Notes: a model not told the origin generated them from the letters alone. Shown: positions 19,880-30,110, counted from the stretch's first letter. The stretch: DNA of 64,000 nucleotides from an uncultured candidatus Porisulfidus sp. (GCA_965215125.1 OZ244052.1:320001-384000); one strand, 5' to 3'. Made by a program: numbers and translations.

Positions 19880-22255
19880 TTAAGCCAATCTACATTCGGC
19901 GGAAAATTGTTCGCAGATCTTATCGGTCAATGTTTGGATTAGATTGTCAACGGTTTCTTTTTGTAGCGTTCGGCAGGTATCTTGAAAAATGAGGCCGATG
20001 CCGATATTCTTGACACCCTTTCCCAACTGCTCGTCTTCGTAAGCATCAAATATAAAACGATCTGCCAAATAACCGATATCCAAGGTATCTATATATTCCA
20101 AGATTTTCGTTACATTGATTTCTTTTGCTACGACGAATGCCAAATCTCGGCGCACCGATGGATAAGCCGGTATCGCTTGATAATGTGGAAGTTTTGCATC
20201 GCTTATTGCGTCAATCCGAAGTTCAAATAAAAACGCCGGTGCATGCAATTTATACTGTCCGGTCAGCAACGGCGAAAGTGCGCCCACACAACCGATGTGC
20301 CTATCCTTAATATAGATATCCGCACATTGCCCGGAATGTAATCCCGGATATTCGCCGGCCTTAAATTTCAGTTGACCTTCAAAAGCCTGCAACAAGTTCT
20401 CCAGATCGCCTTTGACATCGTAAAAATCGTAGCACCTAGGCTTATCGCTCCATTGATCGGGCATTATCGTGCCGCAGGCTAAGCCGGCTAGCACATTGCT
20501 TTGTTCAATTTTATTATCGGTAATAAAAAATTTAGCACCTTGCTCAAAAATACAAACCTTATCTTGCTGTCTATTGAGGTTATACTTTAGTACCTGTAGT
20601 AGACCCGGCCACAGAGAAGTACGCATCACCGACATCTGCTCGGAGACCGGATTCTCCAGCTGCAATGCTCCGATATCGGCATCGGGTGTGAATACACGCA
20701 GTTGTTCGGGAGCGATAAAGCTATATGTGATGACTTCAAAATAACCTCGTGCGTTTAAGTAATCGCTGCGATAATGAGTGTGTTGCTCGCTTCTATCTAC
20801 ATCAAAACGATCGGTATGACTGCCGAGTGTTTCGGGAATGCGGTCATAACCGTAGATTCTGGCAATCTCTTCTATCAGATCTTCCTCTATCGCCAAATCA
20901 AATCTATAAGACGGCGGTGTGCATTGCCAGCCTTCTTTGCTCGCTTTTAAGATACAGCCTAAACTTGTCAAGGTTTTTTCCATAAACTCGGGCTTTATTT
21001 CCACACCCAAATATGCGACAACCGACCGCTTATTCAACGCAATCGGTGTTCTGGTCGGTATATGCTCACGCGACACGATTTCAACCGTGGCCCCGACCTC
21101 TGCATCCAATAGCGTTGCGATCAGATAACTCGCATATTCCATAGCCTTAGATTGCAGTTCAAAGTCTACGCCGCGTTCGAAGCGATGTGAAGATTCGGTC
21201 TGTAAACCGTAGTGTCTCGCCCGCCCCAAGATTGCCTCGGGCTTGAAGAATGCGCTTTCTAAAACGATTTCGGTAGAGTCGCTTTGCACCGCACTGTGTT
21301 CTCCGCCTACGATACCGGCGATTGCAACCGCTCGTTGTTCGTCGGCAATAACCAACGTCTGCCGATCTAGCTCAATCGTTTGTCCGCCTAATATTTCCAG
21401 TTCTTCGTTCGCCGCCGACCACCGTATATGCAATGCACCTTTTAAGTTACGCTTGTCGAATGCATGCATAGGTTGTCCTAATTCGAGCATCACATAGTTG
21501 AGTATATCTACGACCGGATAAATCGCACGAATACCGCATCGTCTAAGACGCTCTTTGATCCACAAAGGCGTAGTCTTTCGTACATCTATAGCCCGTATTT
21601 CTTTGGCTAAATAACGCGGGCATGCGTCGGGTTGTAGCAGTTTGATTGCAGGTATATTGCGGTGTAATTCGGTTGGCGAATCCCATTGCAAGTCTTTGAG
21701 CGGCAAATCGAGTATTACCGAAAGTTCGCGGGCGATCCCCGAAATACTCAAACAGTCGGCACGATTGGGAGTTAGGTCTATGTCGTAAACCAGATCGTCC
21801 AATTTCATATAATCAACCAAAGACCGACCTACTTCGGCAGCATCATCGAGTTCCAACAAACCTTCCTGCTCCTGCGCCATACCCAATTCATAAGCCGAGC
21901 AAAGCATTCCATCCGAATCGCATCCTCGTATATTTTTGACTGCGATTCGGGACTCTCCGATGCGTGCACCCGACGGCGCATAAGCTGCCAACATATCGGG
22001 GCGAACGTTGCTTGCTCCGCAAACCACATCACGCAATCGTTGCTCGCCTATATCCACTCTGCATAACTTTAGTTTATCGGCATCGGGGTGCTTATTTACG
22101 GCGACAACGCGTGCGACGACCACACCCGACAAATCATCACAGACGGTTTCCGTCGCATCGAGTTCCAAGCCTGCCATCGTTAGGTGGTTGCCCAATGCTT
22201 CGGCATCCATCTCTATAGGCAACCGTTGCTTAAGCCATTCGAGATTACAACGCAT
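19880..22255 (-). CDS. pheT: Phenylalanine--tRNA ligase beta subunit
   Basis: HPDADKL, DLTPNRADCLS, ELGQPMHAFD, SHRFERGVD, EDLIEEIARIYGY and VRRDLAF motifs. Confidence 0.96.
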   Translation of the reverse strand: MRCNLEWLKQRLPIEMDAEALGNHLTMAGLELDATETVCDDLSGVVVARVVAVNKHPDADKLKLCRVDIGEQRLRDVVCGASNVRPDMLAAYAPSGARIGESRIAVKNIRGCDSDGMLCSAYELGMAQEQEGLLELDDAAEVGRSLVDYMKLDDLVYDIDLTPNRADCLSISGIARELSVILDLPLKDLQWDSPTELHRNIPAIKLLQPDACPRYLAKEIRAIDVRKTTPLWIKERLRRCGIRAIYPVVDILNYVMLELGQPMHAFDKRNLKGALHIRWSAANEELEILGGQTIELDRQTLVIADEQRAVAIAGIVGGEHSAVQSDSTEIVLESAFFKPEAILGRARHYGLQTESSHRFERGVDFELQSKAMEYASYLIATLLDAEVGATVEIVSREHIPTRTPIALNKRSVVAYLGVEIKPEFMEKTLTSLGCILKASKEGWQCTPPSYRFDLAIEEDLIEEIARIYGYDRIPETLGSHTDRFDVDRSEQHTHYRSDYLNARGYFEVITYSFIAPEQLRVFTPDADIGALQLENPVSEQMSVMRTSLWPGLLQVLKYNLNRQQDKVCIFEQGAKFFITDNKIEQSNVLAGLACGTIMPDQWSDKPRCYDFYDVKGDLENLLQAFEGQLKFKAGEYPGLHSGQCADIYIKDRHIGCVGALSPLLTGQYKLHAPAFLFELRIDAISDAKLPHYQAIPAYPSVRRDLAFVVAKEINVTKILEYIDTLDIGYLADRFIFDAYEDEQLGKGVKNIGIGLIFQDTCRTLQKETVDNLIQTLTDKICEQFSAECRLA

Positions 22256-22260
22256 ATCTT

Positions 22261-23283
22261 TCAGAGGTAAAATTGTTTTAAGAAACGAATGTCGTTTTCA
22301 AACAACAACCGCAAATCGGCTATGCAGTAGCGTAGCATAGCCAATCGCTCTATACCCAAACCAAAGGCGTATCCTTTATACACGGCGGTATCGTAACCCA
22401 CCGCGTTGAACACCGCCGGATGCACCATGCCACAACCCATAACTTCCAGCCAATCTCGTTTTTTGCCTTCTTGCCATTTGATATCGACTTCCGCCGAGGG
22501 TTCGGTAAAAGGAAAGTAAGAGGGCCTGAAGCGTATTGCCAAGTCCTCGTTTTCAAAAAATGTACGCAAGAAATTGGCAACTATCGCCTTTAAGTCGGCA
22601 AAACAAATATCGCTTCCTACCACCAAACCTTCAACTTGATGGAACATCGGACTATGGGTAATATCAAAATCACGTCTGTAGACGCGTCCCGGCGCGATGA
22701 TGCGTATTGGTGGTTCACGCCGCTGCATCACTCTAATTTGTACCGGTGAAGTATGGGTGCGCAGTAAGTTACCGTTGTTCAAATAAAAAGTATCGTGCAT
22801 CGCACGCGCCGGGTGCGATATAGGGATATTCAACGCTTCGAAGTTGTGAAAATCATCTTCTATTTCCGGACCCTCGGCTATATCAAAACCCAGGTTTGAA
22901 AAAAGCATCTCTATGCGGCGTAGCGTACGCGTTATCGGATGCGGATTGGCTGCACCGGTGCGCCTGCCTGCCAAGCCTACATCTATACTTTCCTCTAAAG
23001 TTTGCCGTTCTATGGCTTGCGCTTTGAGCGATTGCTCACGGGCTTTGACGGCTTTGATAATATCTTGCTTGACCTCGTTGGCGAGTTGCCCTATCACCGG
23101 CCGCCGTTTTGCCGGCAATGCATTAATCTCTTTGAGTTGTAGTGTTAGTTCGCCTTTCCTGCCTAGATAGCTAACCCGTAGTTGTTCCAGGCTTTTTAGG
23201 TCTTGCGTTTTTTCAATCTCGGCAAGTGCTCGGAATTTGAGCTGAACCAAATCCGGCATTTCATCCGACATCGGGGGAGACAC
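22261..23283 (-). CDS. pheS: Phenylalanine--tRNA ligase alpha subunit (start may be ATG at 23271)
   Basis: HPARAMHDTFY, LRTHTSPVQIR, HSPMFHQVEG, RPSYFPFTEPSAE and GCGMVHP motifs. Confidence 0.96.
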   Translation of the reverse strand: MSPPMSDEMPDLVQLKFRALAEIEKTQDLKSLEQLRVSYLGRKGELTLQLKEINALPAKRRPVIGQLANEVKQDIIKAVKAREQSLKAQAIERQTLEESIDVGLAGRRTGAANPHPITRTLRRIEMLFSNLGFDIAEGPEIEDDFHNFEALNIPISHPARAMHDTFYLNNGNLLRTHTSPVQIRVMQRREPPIRIIAPGRVYRRDFDITHSPMFHQVEGLVVGSDICFADLKAIVANFLRTFFENEDLAIRFRPSYFPFTEPSAEVDIKWQEGKKRDWLEVMGCGMVHPAVFNAVGYDTAVYKGYAFGLGIERLAMLRYCIADLRLLFENDIRFLKQFYL

Positions 23284-23284
23284 A

Positions 23285-23644
23285 CTAGGAGGCGAGTGCG
23301 GTTTTAGCTTTATCGACGATTTTCCCGAAAGCCTCTATATCGTTGACTGCGAGATCGGCTAATAGTTTACGGTCTATTTCCACACCCGAACAGGCAAGGC
23401 CGTTGATCAATCGACTGTAAGACAGACCGAAAGATCGCGCCGCAGCGTTAATCCTGATAATCCATAAAGCACGAAATTGTCGTTTGCGTTGACGGCGATC
23501 TCGGTAGGCGTATTGACCGGCGCGTATCACCGCTTGCTTGGCAACACGAAATGTTCTGCTCCGCGCACCGTAATAACCGCGCGCTTGTTTGAGAACTTTC
23601 TTATGTCTAGCGTGTGAAACCACGCCTCGTTTAACTCTCGCCAT
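23285..23644 (-). CDS. rplT: 50S ribosomal protein L20
   Basis: [26 protein letters not shown] and RINAAAR motifs. Confidence 0.97.
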   Translation of the reverse strand: MARVKRGVVSHARHKKVLKQARGYYGARSRTFRVAKQAVIRAGQYAYRDRRQRKRQFRALWIIRINAAARSFGLSYSRLINGLACSGVEIDRKLLADLAVNDIEAFGKIVDKAKTALAS

Positions 23645-23656
23645 CTCTACTCCGTG

Positions 23657-23854
23657 TTAAGCATACGGTAGCAGTTTTCTAAGCACCGCCTCATCGTTGC
23701 TGTTTATTAAATCGGGTGCGCGCAAATTACGTTTACGCTTGCTATCTTTTTTAGTCAAAATATGCCGCGCATGGGATTGCTTCTTGCGAAACTTACCCGA
23801 TGCGGTTTTGCTAAACCGCTTTGCGGCACCTCTATTTGTTTTCAATTTAGGCAT
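23657..23854 (-). CDS. rpmI: 50S ribosomal protein L35
   Basis: [20 protein letters not shown] and LLPYA motifs. Confidence 0.97.
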   Translation of the reverse strand: MPKLKTNRGAAKRFSKTASGKFRKKQSHARHILTKKDSKRKRNLRAPDLINSNDEAVLRKLLPYA

Positions 23855-23865
23855 CGTCTATCTCT

Positions 23866-24381
23866 TCAATTTCTTTTAGGGGCATATATCATTACTACTT
23901 GGCGACCTTCGGTTTTAGGTTCTTGCTCGACGACACCGTATTCTTTTAGATCATCCTCTATGCGATACAGCATTTCCATTCCGAGCTCGCGGTGTATAAA
24001 CTCTCGTCCCTTGAACCTCAATACAACTTTTGTTTTATCTCCGTCTTGCAAGAATTTCTTCAGACTACGCAACTTGGTCTGATAATCCATCGTCTCGGTA
24101 CTCGGTCTGAATTTTACTTCCTTGACTTGTATACGCTTTTGATTTTTACGCGAACGCTGCTCCTTTTTGCGCTGCTCGAACTTAAACTTTCCGTAGTTAA
24201 GCAACCTGCATACAGGTGGCTTTGCATTGGGCACTAATTCAACTAAATCTAAATTTTGTTCCGCAGCGTAGCTACGCGCTCTCTCTATATCTACAACTCC
24301 TATGTTGGTTCCGTCGGGTGCAATCAAACGTACTTCGGTGCAATCAATCTCACCATTGGTTCTGTTCTGCTTTTTTATCAA
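23866..24381 (-). CDS. infC: Translation initiation factor IF-3 (non-AUG start, TTG or ATA)
   Basis: LDLVE, PPVCRLLNYGKFKFE, VKEVKFRP and RFKGRE motifs. An in-frame TAG lies just upstream, so only TTG or ATA starts are available after the AGGA. Confidence 0.95.
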   Translation of the reverse strand: MIKKQNRTNGEIDCTEVRLIAPDGTNIGVVDIERARSYAAEQNLDLVELVPNAKPPVCRLLNYGKFKFEQRKKEQRSRKNQKRIQVKEVKFRPSTETMDYQTKLRSLKKFLQDGDKTKVVLRFKGREFIHRELGMEMLYRIEDDLKEYGVVEQEPKTEGRQVVMIYAPKRN

Positions 24382-24404
24382 ATTAAATTCCTATGTTCAT
24401 AAAA

Positions 24405-26312
24405 TTACTCTCTGCATTGTACCTTAGTTTTCAATTCGCCAAGCAACTGCGCGACAGGCATCCGACCTAAGTCGGTACCGTCAAGGGCACGCACCGAAAC
24501 ATTCTGCATTGCAACTTCCTTGTCACCTACGATTATCATATAAGGTATCTTTTGCAAAGTCCCACTGCGAATTTTATACCCTATCTTCTCATTTCTCAAG
24601 TCCATATCGGCACGAAATCCGTCGGCACGAAATCGTTCGGTTATTATTCGTGCGTATTCGGCTTGCGCATCGGTGACATTCATTACCATAATCTGTAGCG
24701 GTGCAAGCCATAACGGCAGTTTCCCGGCATAATTTTCCAGCAATATGCCTATAAAACGCTCAAGAGATCCTAAAATCGCCCGATGTATCATCACCGGCAC
24801 CCGCTTTTCTCCGCTTTCCGAAATATAAATCGCACCGAGTTGCATCGGCATCGAGAAGTCCAACTGTATGGTGCCGCATTGCCATTTTCTATCCAAGCTA
24901 TCGGTCAGAGTAAACTCTATTTTGGGACCGTAAAAAGCACCTTCACCTTCTTGAACTGCAAATTTCAATCCGCGCGTTTCCAAAACTTCTCGCAACGCAG
25001 CCTCCGCTTTATCCCATAGCGCATCGTCTCCGACTCGTTGCGGCGGACGGGTTGAAAAAGCAATGAGGATATCGTCAAAGCCGAAGTCGCGATAGACCTT
25101 GAATGTTTTTTCTATCAGTATCCCGATTTCGTCGTTGAGCTGTTCTTGGCGACAAAAGATATGCGCATCGTCTTGGGTAAAACGACGGGCGCGCATCAAA
25201 CCGTGTAGGGTTCCAGAAGGTTCGTTGCGGTGTACGACTCCAAACTCGGCGATACGATAAGGTAAATCGCGGTAGCTACGCAGTGTCTGATTATATATTT
25301 GTACATGTGCCGGACAATTCATAGGCTTGACCGCATAGTCTCGCTTCTCGGATTCGGTACTGAAAATCATATCGCCGAACTTCTGCCAATGCCCCGACTG
25401 CTCCCATAGACTACGGTCTATCAACTGCGGGGTATTGACTTCGTAATAGCGATGTTCCTTAATCGTCTGCCGCATATAGTCTTCTACCAAACGATAGAGT
25501 ATCCATCCTTTTTCGTGCCAAAACACCATCCCCGGTGCTTCCTCTTGAAAATGGAATAAATCCATTTGTTTTCCCAAGCGACGATGATCGCGTTTACCCG
25601 CCTCTTCCAGTTTTAGCAAATACGCTTTGAGTTGTTTTTTATCTGCCCATGCGGTACCGTAGATACGTTGTAGCATTTCGTTTTTATGGTCGCCGCGCCA
25701 ATAAGCACCCGCCAAATGCGTTAGTTTGAATGCCTGCAAATAGCGAGTATCGGGCACATGTGGACCGCGGCACATATCTACATACTCCTCGTGATGATAG
25801 AGTGCGATAATCTCGTCATCCGGTATCTCTTCGGCAATTTGAACTTTGTAGCTTTCGCCGCGTTGTTTGAATACTTCTATCGCTCGTTCTTTGGAGACAA
25901 CTTCTCTAAGTACCGGATAATTTTTTTTAGCCAATTCTTTCATGCGTTGTTCTATCAAAACCAAATCTTCTTCGGTAAACGAACGCTTGTATGCAATATC
26001 GTAATAAAAGCCTCTATCTATTACCGGACCTATTGCCATTTGCGCATCGGGATAGAGTTGCTTGATCGCATGCCCCAACAGATGCGCACACGAATGTCGA
26101 ATAATTTCAACACCCGCCGGATCTGCAGAAGTGATAATTTTAACCTCGGCATCATCGTCGACCTTCACACACGCATCTACGAGCTTGTCTCCGACTTGAC
26201 CGGCAATCGTCGCTTTCAATAACCCCGGGCCTATCGCTTCGGCAATCTGTGATACGCTAACCGGGCTATTGAATTCCTTTTTTGAACCGTCTATCAAACT
26301 TATGGTCGGCAT
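24405..26312 (-). CDS. thrS: Threonine--tRNA ligase
   Basis: [48 protein letters not shown] and [11 protein letters not shown] motifs. Confidence 0.97.
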   Translation of the reverse strand: MPTISLIDGSKKEFNSPVSVSQIAEAIGPGLLKATIAGQVGDKLVDACVKVDDDAEVKIITSADPAGVEIIRHSCAHLLGHAIKQLYPDAQMAIGPVIDRGFYYDIAYKRSFTEEDLVLIEQRMKELAKKNYPVLREVVSKERAIEVFKQRGESYKVQIAEEIPDDEIIALYHHEEYVDMCRGPHVPDTRYLQAFKLTHLAGAYWRGDHKNEMLQRIYGTAWADKKQLKAYLLKLEEAGKRDHRRLGKQMDLFHFQEEAPGMVFWHEKGWILYRLVEDYMRQTIKEHRYYEVNTPQLIDRSLWEQSGHWQKFGDMIFSTESEKRDYAVKPMNCPAHVQIYNQTLRSYRDLPYRIAEFGVVHRNEPSGTLHGLMRARRFTQDDAHIFCRQEQLNDEIGILIEKTFKVYRDFGFDDILIAFSTRPPQRVGDDALWDKAEAALREVLETRGLKFAVQEGEGAFYGPKIEFTLTDSLDRKWQCGTIQLDFSMPMQLGAIYISESGEKRVPVMIHRAILGSLERFIGILLENYAGKLPLWLAPLQIMVMNVTDAQAEYARIITERFRADGFRADMDLRNEKIGYKIRSGTLQKIPYMIIVGDKEVAMQNVSVRALDGTDLGRMPVAQLLGELKTKVQCRE

Positions 26313-26343
26313 TTTTAATATGTCTTTGCATTTTAATATGTAC

Positions 26344-26420
26344 TGGTAGGCGCGATTGGATTTGAACCAACGACCTCCACCATGTCAAGGTGGCACTCTA
26401 ACCAACTGAGCTACGCGCCT
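26344..26420 (-). tRNA. tRNA-Val(GAC)
   Basis: AGGCGCGTAGCTCAGTTGGTTAGAGTGCCACCTTGACATGGTGGAGGTCGTTGGTTCAAATCCAATCGCGCCTACCA; anticodon GAC. Confidence 0.96.
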
Positions 26421-26799
26421 ATTTCAAAAACATCACCGCTCGTTACATCGGAACAAGCAACAATACTCAGGGTAAATTTTTAGCACGAGTATAACATATA
26501 GGGCAATACAGAGATGAACTATAACAGCTAAATTTTTGTGAAATTTTGGCTAAAACAGGCTAATTTACTAGATATAAACACAATAGTCCGGCTTTTATCT
26601 TACCTATATCATTACGGTAAAATAATAAGTTTGACATCTGGATTAAATTGTGTTAGCTTGAGTATCGGTATAGCGTGTCTGTTCGCTTTTATAGAGGGGG
26701 GAGTGAATGTGTGCACGCTATACCACTTCTAATTTTTCAGCGCGAACATCTCGCTTCGGTATTTATCTAAACACTATTAAAAAATTCGAGCTACTACAG

Positions 26800-26848
26800 A
26801 AGCACCGATTGAACCGGTAGGTCAATCAATGTGAGGTTGTGGAGAACC
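26800..26848 (+). repeat. Dispersed hairpin element, copy 2 (degenerate)
   Basis: AAGCACCGATTGAACCGGTAGGTCAATCAATGTGAGGTTGTGGAGAACC aligns without gaps to the copies at 17779 and 30077 (minus). Confidence 0.65.
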
Positions 26849-26990
26849 GGAACATATCGAGTAAGGCATAAATTACAATGCAGCATAGCTGCCTGCCCTT
26901 CGGTTATAAGGACTCGGATATAGAGTCGGTTGTGCGCGGCCTGGGAGGGTGTTTGATATTACCGATCTATATCCGAGAGTTTTTGCTATA

Positions 26991-28463
26991 TCAGAATGCG
27001 TATTGGGCGCGTAGCGAGATGGCATCGCCGTCTACATTTTCATGCCCCTTTGCTTCGGCATCGATATAGTTCAGCATGAACTTGACATTGTTGTTTGCAT
27101 ACCAGTTAATCCCGAGTAGCATTTTTTCGGCATCACTATCTGTACTACCGTTTCTGTCACTTATAGCACCGCCATACTCAACATCAATTTCTTCGTAGCG
27201 AGCAATCAGTTCCCACGCTCCCATAGAACCTTTGGGTTTGATTTTATCAAAGTAAGCCCCTTTGGTTTTATAACTGCGTTGTTCGCCGGTGATAGTCCAA
27301 GCACCTTGAATATAGTAACCGTCGGCTTCTAAATCGCTGTAGCGATCTGTGAAGGAATCTGAGACAGTTTCTGTTATCGTCTCTGTGACTTCTTGCTCAT
27401 CAAATATTCTTGTCACCTCTCTTGTCACCTCTCTTGATGGTCCTATTCTTGTACCAACACCGCCGTCTACTTCTACATCAACATATTCGGCTTGCAGAGA
27501 GAACGGTCCGGTTACAAAAGCAGCTTCCAGTCCCCATTGTGAGATGTCATCTGCGACCGGAAGTGTAGCTAATTCAGCACGTGCATCGTTATTCGTATGT
27601 ATACCAAAACGTGTTCTTACTCTATAGCTACCACTTTCTGATCCATCTCTTTCACGCTCGGAATAAGCAAAGCCTAAGTGAAAAAAGCTATCCTCGCTCA
27701 GTTGCGGTGTGGCAGCAATACGGCCGGTGTATGCATAATTCGAATCGCCGTCGTCATCTTTTTCGTCATCGTCAAATACACCGAATGCCCAGTTCAGATT
27801 TGCCATTTCTGCATAATGACCGGAAAGCATCACGCCGGCTGTTTGGGGTTGTCCGTGACCTTCGTTGACGATATCGAGTATCATTCCACGTTCAATCGTG
27901 TTGATCCATTTGGAACTTGCCAATCTTTCCAAGCTGAAAGGTTCCTTGAATTTACCGACCGTGATGCTCAGCGGTTTGAAGCCGTCATATCGCATATAAG
28001 CGGTATTGATGTCGGCACTCTCGTCGTCATCACTGATATTGATTGTCAATCCATAAGCCCAATCCTTTTTGACGGTGCCTTTGGCAGTGATACGGGTACG
28101 ACGCCATTCGGTATCGGATCCGTCGCCTACTTTGTCTCCGTCAAAGTCGTAATTGTCGTAGTCCAACATCAAACGACCACCAAGCTGGAACGAGTTCCCG
28201 TTGTCCGACTTGAGCTTCAAACCACCGCCGGTGGTAGATAAAGTGATGTTTTCACCATCGCTACGAACAACGCCACCTTTTTCGGATGCATCGGCTTCTT
28301 TGGCTTTTGCCATCTCGGCACGCATCTGAATCAAGGTTTTTTGCAACTGTTCTACGGTTGCTTCTAGGCTTCTAATTTTTTCCTCCATCGTTTGTGCCGA
28401 AACCGATAACGGCAAGCAGATCAAAGTAAGCGAAAAAATCATTATCCGATATAGTTTTTTCAT
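26991..28463 (-). CDS. OprO/OprP-family phosphate-selective porin
   Basis: Signal peptide (VSA|Q), N-terminal coiled coil, GGRLMLDY, RRTRI, GKFKEPFSLE, GPFSLQAEY, GAWELIARY, GINWYANNNVKFMLNY and C-terminal LRAQYAF. Confidence 0.88.
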   Translation of the reverse strand: MKKLYRIMIFSLTLICLPLSVSAQTMEEKIRSLEATVEQLQKTLIQMRAEMAKAKEADASEKGGVVRSDGENITLSTTGGGLKLKSDNGNSFQLGGRLMLDYDNYDFDGDKVGDGSDTEWRRTRITAKGTVKKDWAYGLTINISDDDESADINTAYMRYDGFKPLSITVGKFKEPFSLERLASSKWINTIERGMILDIVNEGHGQPQTAGVMLSGHYAEMANLNWAFGVFDDDEKDDDGDSNYAYTGRIAATPQLSEDSFFHLGFAYSERERDGSESGSYRVRTRFGIHTNNDARAELATLPVADDISQWGLEAAFVTGPFSLQAEYVDVEVDGGVGTRIGPSREVTREVTRIFDEQEVTETITETVSDSFTDRYSDLEADGYYIQGAWTITGEQRSYKTKGAYFDKIKPKGSMGAWELIARYEEIDVEYGGAISDRNGSTDSDAEKMLLGINWYANNNVKFMLNYIDAEAKGHENVDGDAISLRAQYAF

Positions 28464-28507
28464 GGCATCTCCTGTAGTAAAAATAAAAAGTTATTTATTA
28501 TTTTTCT

Positions 28508-28562
28508 ATTATCGTAATTTTTGTGACATCAATATGAAAAATATATTACAAATTGATGACTT
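28508..28562 (-). promoter_or_regulatory. Tandem Pho boxes (four 11-bp-phased half-sites) plus -10 element upstream of the porin
   Basis: Minus strand reads AAGTCAT-CAAT-TTGTAAT-ATAT-TTTTCAT-ATTG-ATGTCAC, then 9 nt, then GATAAT. This matches the PhoB consensus CTGTCAT-N4 spacing. Confidence 0.75.
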
Positions 28563-28582
28563 TTATTTTTATATGAAGACTG

Positions 28583-29386
28583 TCAACTGTCCTGTGTAAC
28601 TTCGCCTTCAGTGTCAAATCTATCTTCGTGATCAATAGCCTGTAATACTTGGTCTCTTAGAACCAATCCTACAATTCGCATAATTATTTCTATCTGCACA
28701 CCTTCTTTATAAGCTATATCGGTTAAGTGCCTAAATGTCTTTTTGTCTTTTTCTTCTAAGTCTTTGAGAATTTCCTTCGCTGCACAATCAAAGCAACTTT
28801 CTTGTATTTGATACGGACCTCCCTCTTCATCTCTGGCTTTATCAACAAGTTTTGCTATATATTTACTCGCAATCTCTGCTGCTCCCATCTCTTTAGATAG
28901 TTCTCTGCCTCTATCGTTTAGCGACATCGGACTATTGGCTTCCGTATATTGCCGACCACCAACTCCTGCCATTTGTCTAGAAATACTTTCCGTTGTATTC
29001 TCAAGAACGGCCACCTTATTTACGACATGCTCTGTCGTTTTCTCGAGGGTAGCTACCTTATTTACGACGCGCTCTGTTGTTTTCTCGAGGGTGGCTGTCG
29101 TCTTCTCAAGAGTGGCTGTCGTCTTCTCAAGAGTGTCTACCTTATATACAACGATCTCTGTCGTCTTCTCAAGGGTGGCTACCCTATTTCCGACATTCCT
29201 TATTTCCTCAGGCATTTTAGAAATTTCATCTGCATTTTTTCTGATGGGTTCAAGGTCTCTCATTTTCCAATCAATAATCAATATCTTATATATAAAGGTC
29301 GCTATAACCCCTAATAAAGAAATTACTATGAAAGTCCAAACGGTAGGAGGTAAAGAATTAATAAAACTCACTTTTATACAATCCAC
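28583..29386 (-). CDS. Hypothetical membrane-anchored coiled-coil protein with heptad repeats
   Basis: N-terminal hydrophobic helix (VWTFIVISLLGVIATFIY) followed by nine heptads of the VATLEKT/TExVVNK type. Confidence 0.75.
   Translation of the reverse strand: MDCIKVSFINSLPPTVWTFIVISLLGVIATFIYKILIIDWKMRDLEPIRKNADEISKMPEEIRNVGNRVATLEKTTEIVVYKVDTLEKTTATLEKTTATLEKTTERVVNKVATLEKTTEHVVNKVAVLENTTESISRQMAGVGGRQYTEANSPMSLNDRGRELSKEMGAAEIASKYIAKLVDKARDEEGGPYQIQESCFDCAAKEILKDLEEKDKKTFRHLTDIAYKEGVQIEIIMRIVGLVLRDQVLQAIDHEDRFDTEGEVTQDS
28994..29182 (-). repeat. Coding 21/42-bp imperfect tandem repeat (heptads)
   Basis: Repeated GTCGTCTTCTCAAGAGTGGCT-like units encoding (T/V)ATLEKT. Confidence 0.8.
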
Positions 29387-29394
29387 ATGTAATT

Positions 29395-29829
29395 TTAGCT
29401 AGACAAAAAAAATCGTAACATCATGCCGGTTAGAGAAAGATTCACAAGCACTGTTGCCGCAAGCAATCCTACTATTCTAAAAAGCATTTTATTCTCCGAT
29501 TTTCTAATATCTTCCTTAGTTGCCATTTTTGATTCTAGATATTTAATATCGGCTTTGGTTGCCATATCTTTAATATCGTCCTTAATTACCATATCTTTAA
29601 TGTCGGCTTTGATTACCATATCTTTAATGTCGGCTTTGATTACCATATCTTTAATATCGGCTTTGGTTGCCATATCTTTAATGTCGGCTTTGGTTGCCAT
29701 ATCCTTAACGGCATCTCTAAAAGAGAGCTCGTTTATGTAAGTAATACTATCTACTACCATACCAACCTCTTCATCGGTGGTATTAGGAATTTTGGCAAAA
29801 GTTTTAAACAAAATTGATCTATACATCAT
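29395..29829 (-). CDS. Bdr/DUF1640-like repeat protein (DMATKADIK repeats, C-terminal TM helix)
   Basis: Six 9-aa repeats DM(AT/VI)K(A/D)DIK followed by a hydrophobic C-terminal helix. Confidence 0.75.
   Translation of the reverse strand: MMYRSILFKTFAKIPNTTDEEVGMVVDSITYINELSFRDAVKDMATKADIKDMATKADIKDMVIKADIKDMVIKADIKDMVIKDDIKDMATKADIKYLESKMATKEDIRKSENKMLFRIVGLLAATVLVNLSLTGMMLRFFLSS
29542..29703 (-). repeat. 6 x 27-bp coding tandem repeat
   Basis: TTTAAT(A/G)TCGGCTTTG(G/A)TT(G/A)CCATATC-type units at 29542, 29569, 29596, 29623, 29650 and 29677. Confidence 0.92.
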
Positions 29830-30020
29830 GAGAAACTCCTATCAATAATTATATGTAAATGCTCGCTAAACAACAAGTATCACAACCTTATCCTATAGAA
29901 ATAAGCATGCAATCGGTTCCGGGTTGAACGGTAGCTAATATCCGACGAAATGAATAAATGGATAAATCATGCAAGCGTGTTCACGATCACCCTGTGAAAA
30001 AGATTTTACATTTTGTAATA

Positions 30021-30077
30021 TATGTTAAGGGTTTGCACAACGTCACGCCGATTAACCTACCGGCTTAATCGGCGGTT
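30021..30077 (-). repeat. Dispersed hairpin element, copy 3
   Basis: Contains the perfect inverted repeat CGCCGATTAA-N9-TTAATCGGCG (30046-30074) and is homologous to 17779-17835. Confidence 0.75.
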
Positions 30078-30089
30078 CTACGACGCATG

Positions 30090-30110
30090 CCCTCTCCACA
30101 GGAGGGAAAT
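30090..30110 (-). repeat. Solo degenerate half-unit of the 47-bp REP-like element just after the giant gene 2 stop
   Basis: Minus strand ATTTCCCTCCTGTGGAGAGGG versus array ATTCCCCTCCTGTGGAGGG. Confidence 0.55.

Noticed and set aside
24376-24395. Missing ATG start of infC as a sign of pseudogenisation
   Set aside because: Non-AUG initiation is the established autoregulatory feature of infC, and the ORF is otherwise intact.
26538-26732. 64-aa plus-strand ORF upstream of tRNA-Val
   Set aside because: AT-rich intergenic or promoter DNA with no recognisable motifs or clear RBS.
29990-30025. Possible Pho box upstream of the Bdr-like gene
   Set aside because: Only two weak half-sites in AT-rich DNA with no well-placed -10 element; chance cannot be excluded.
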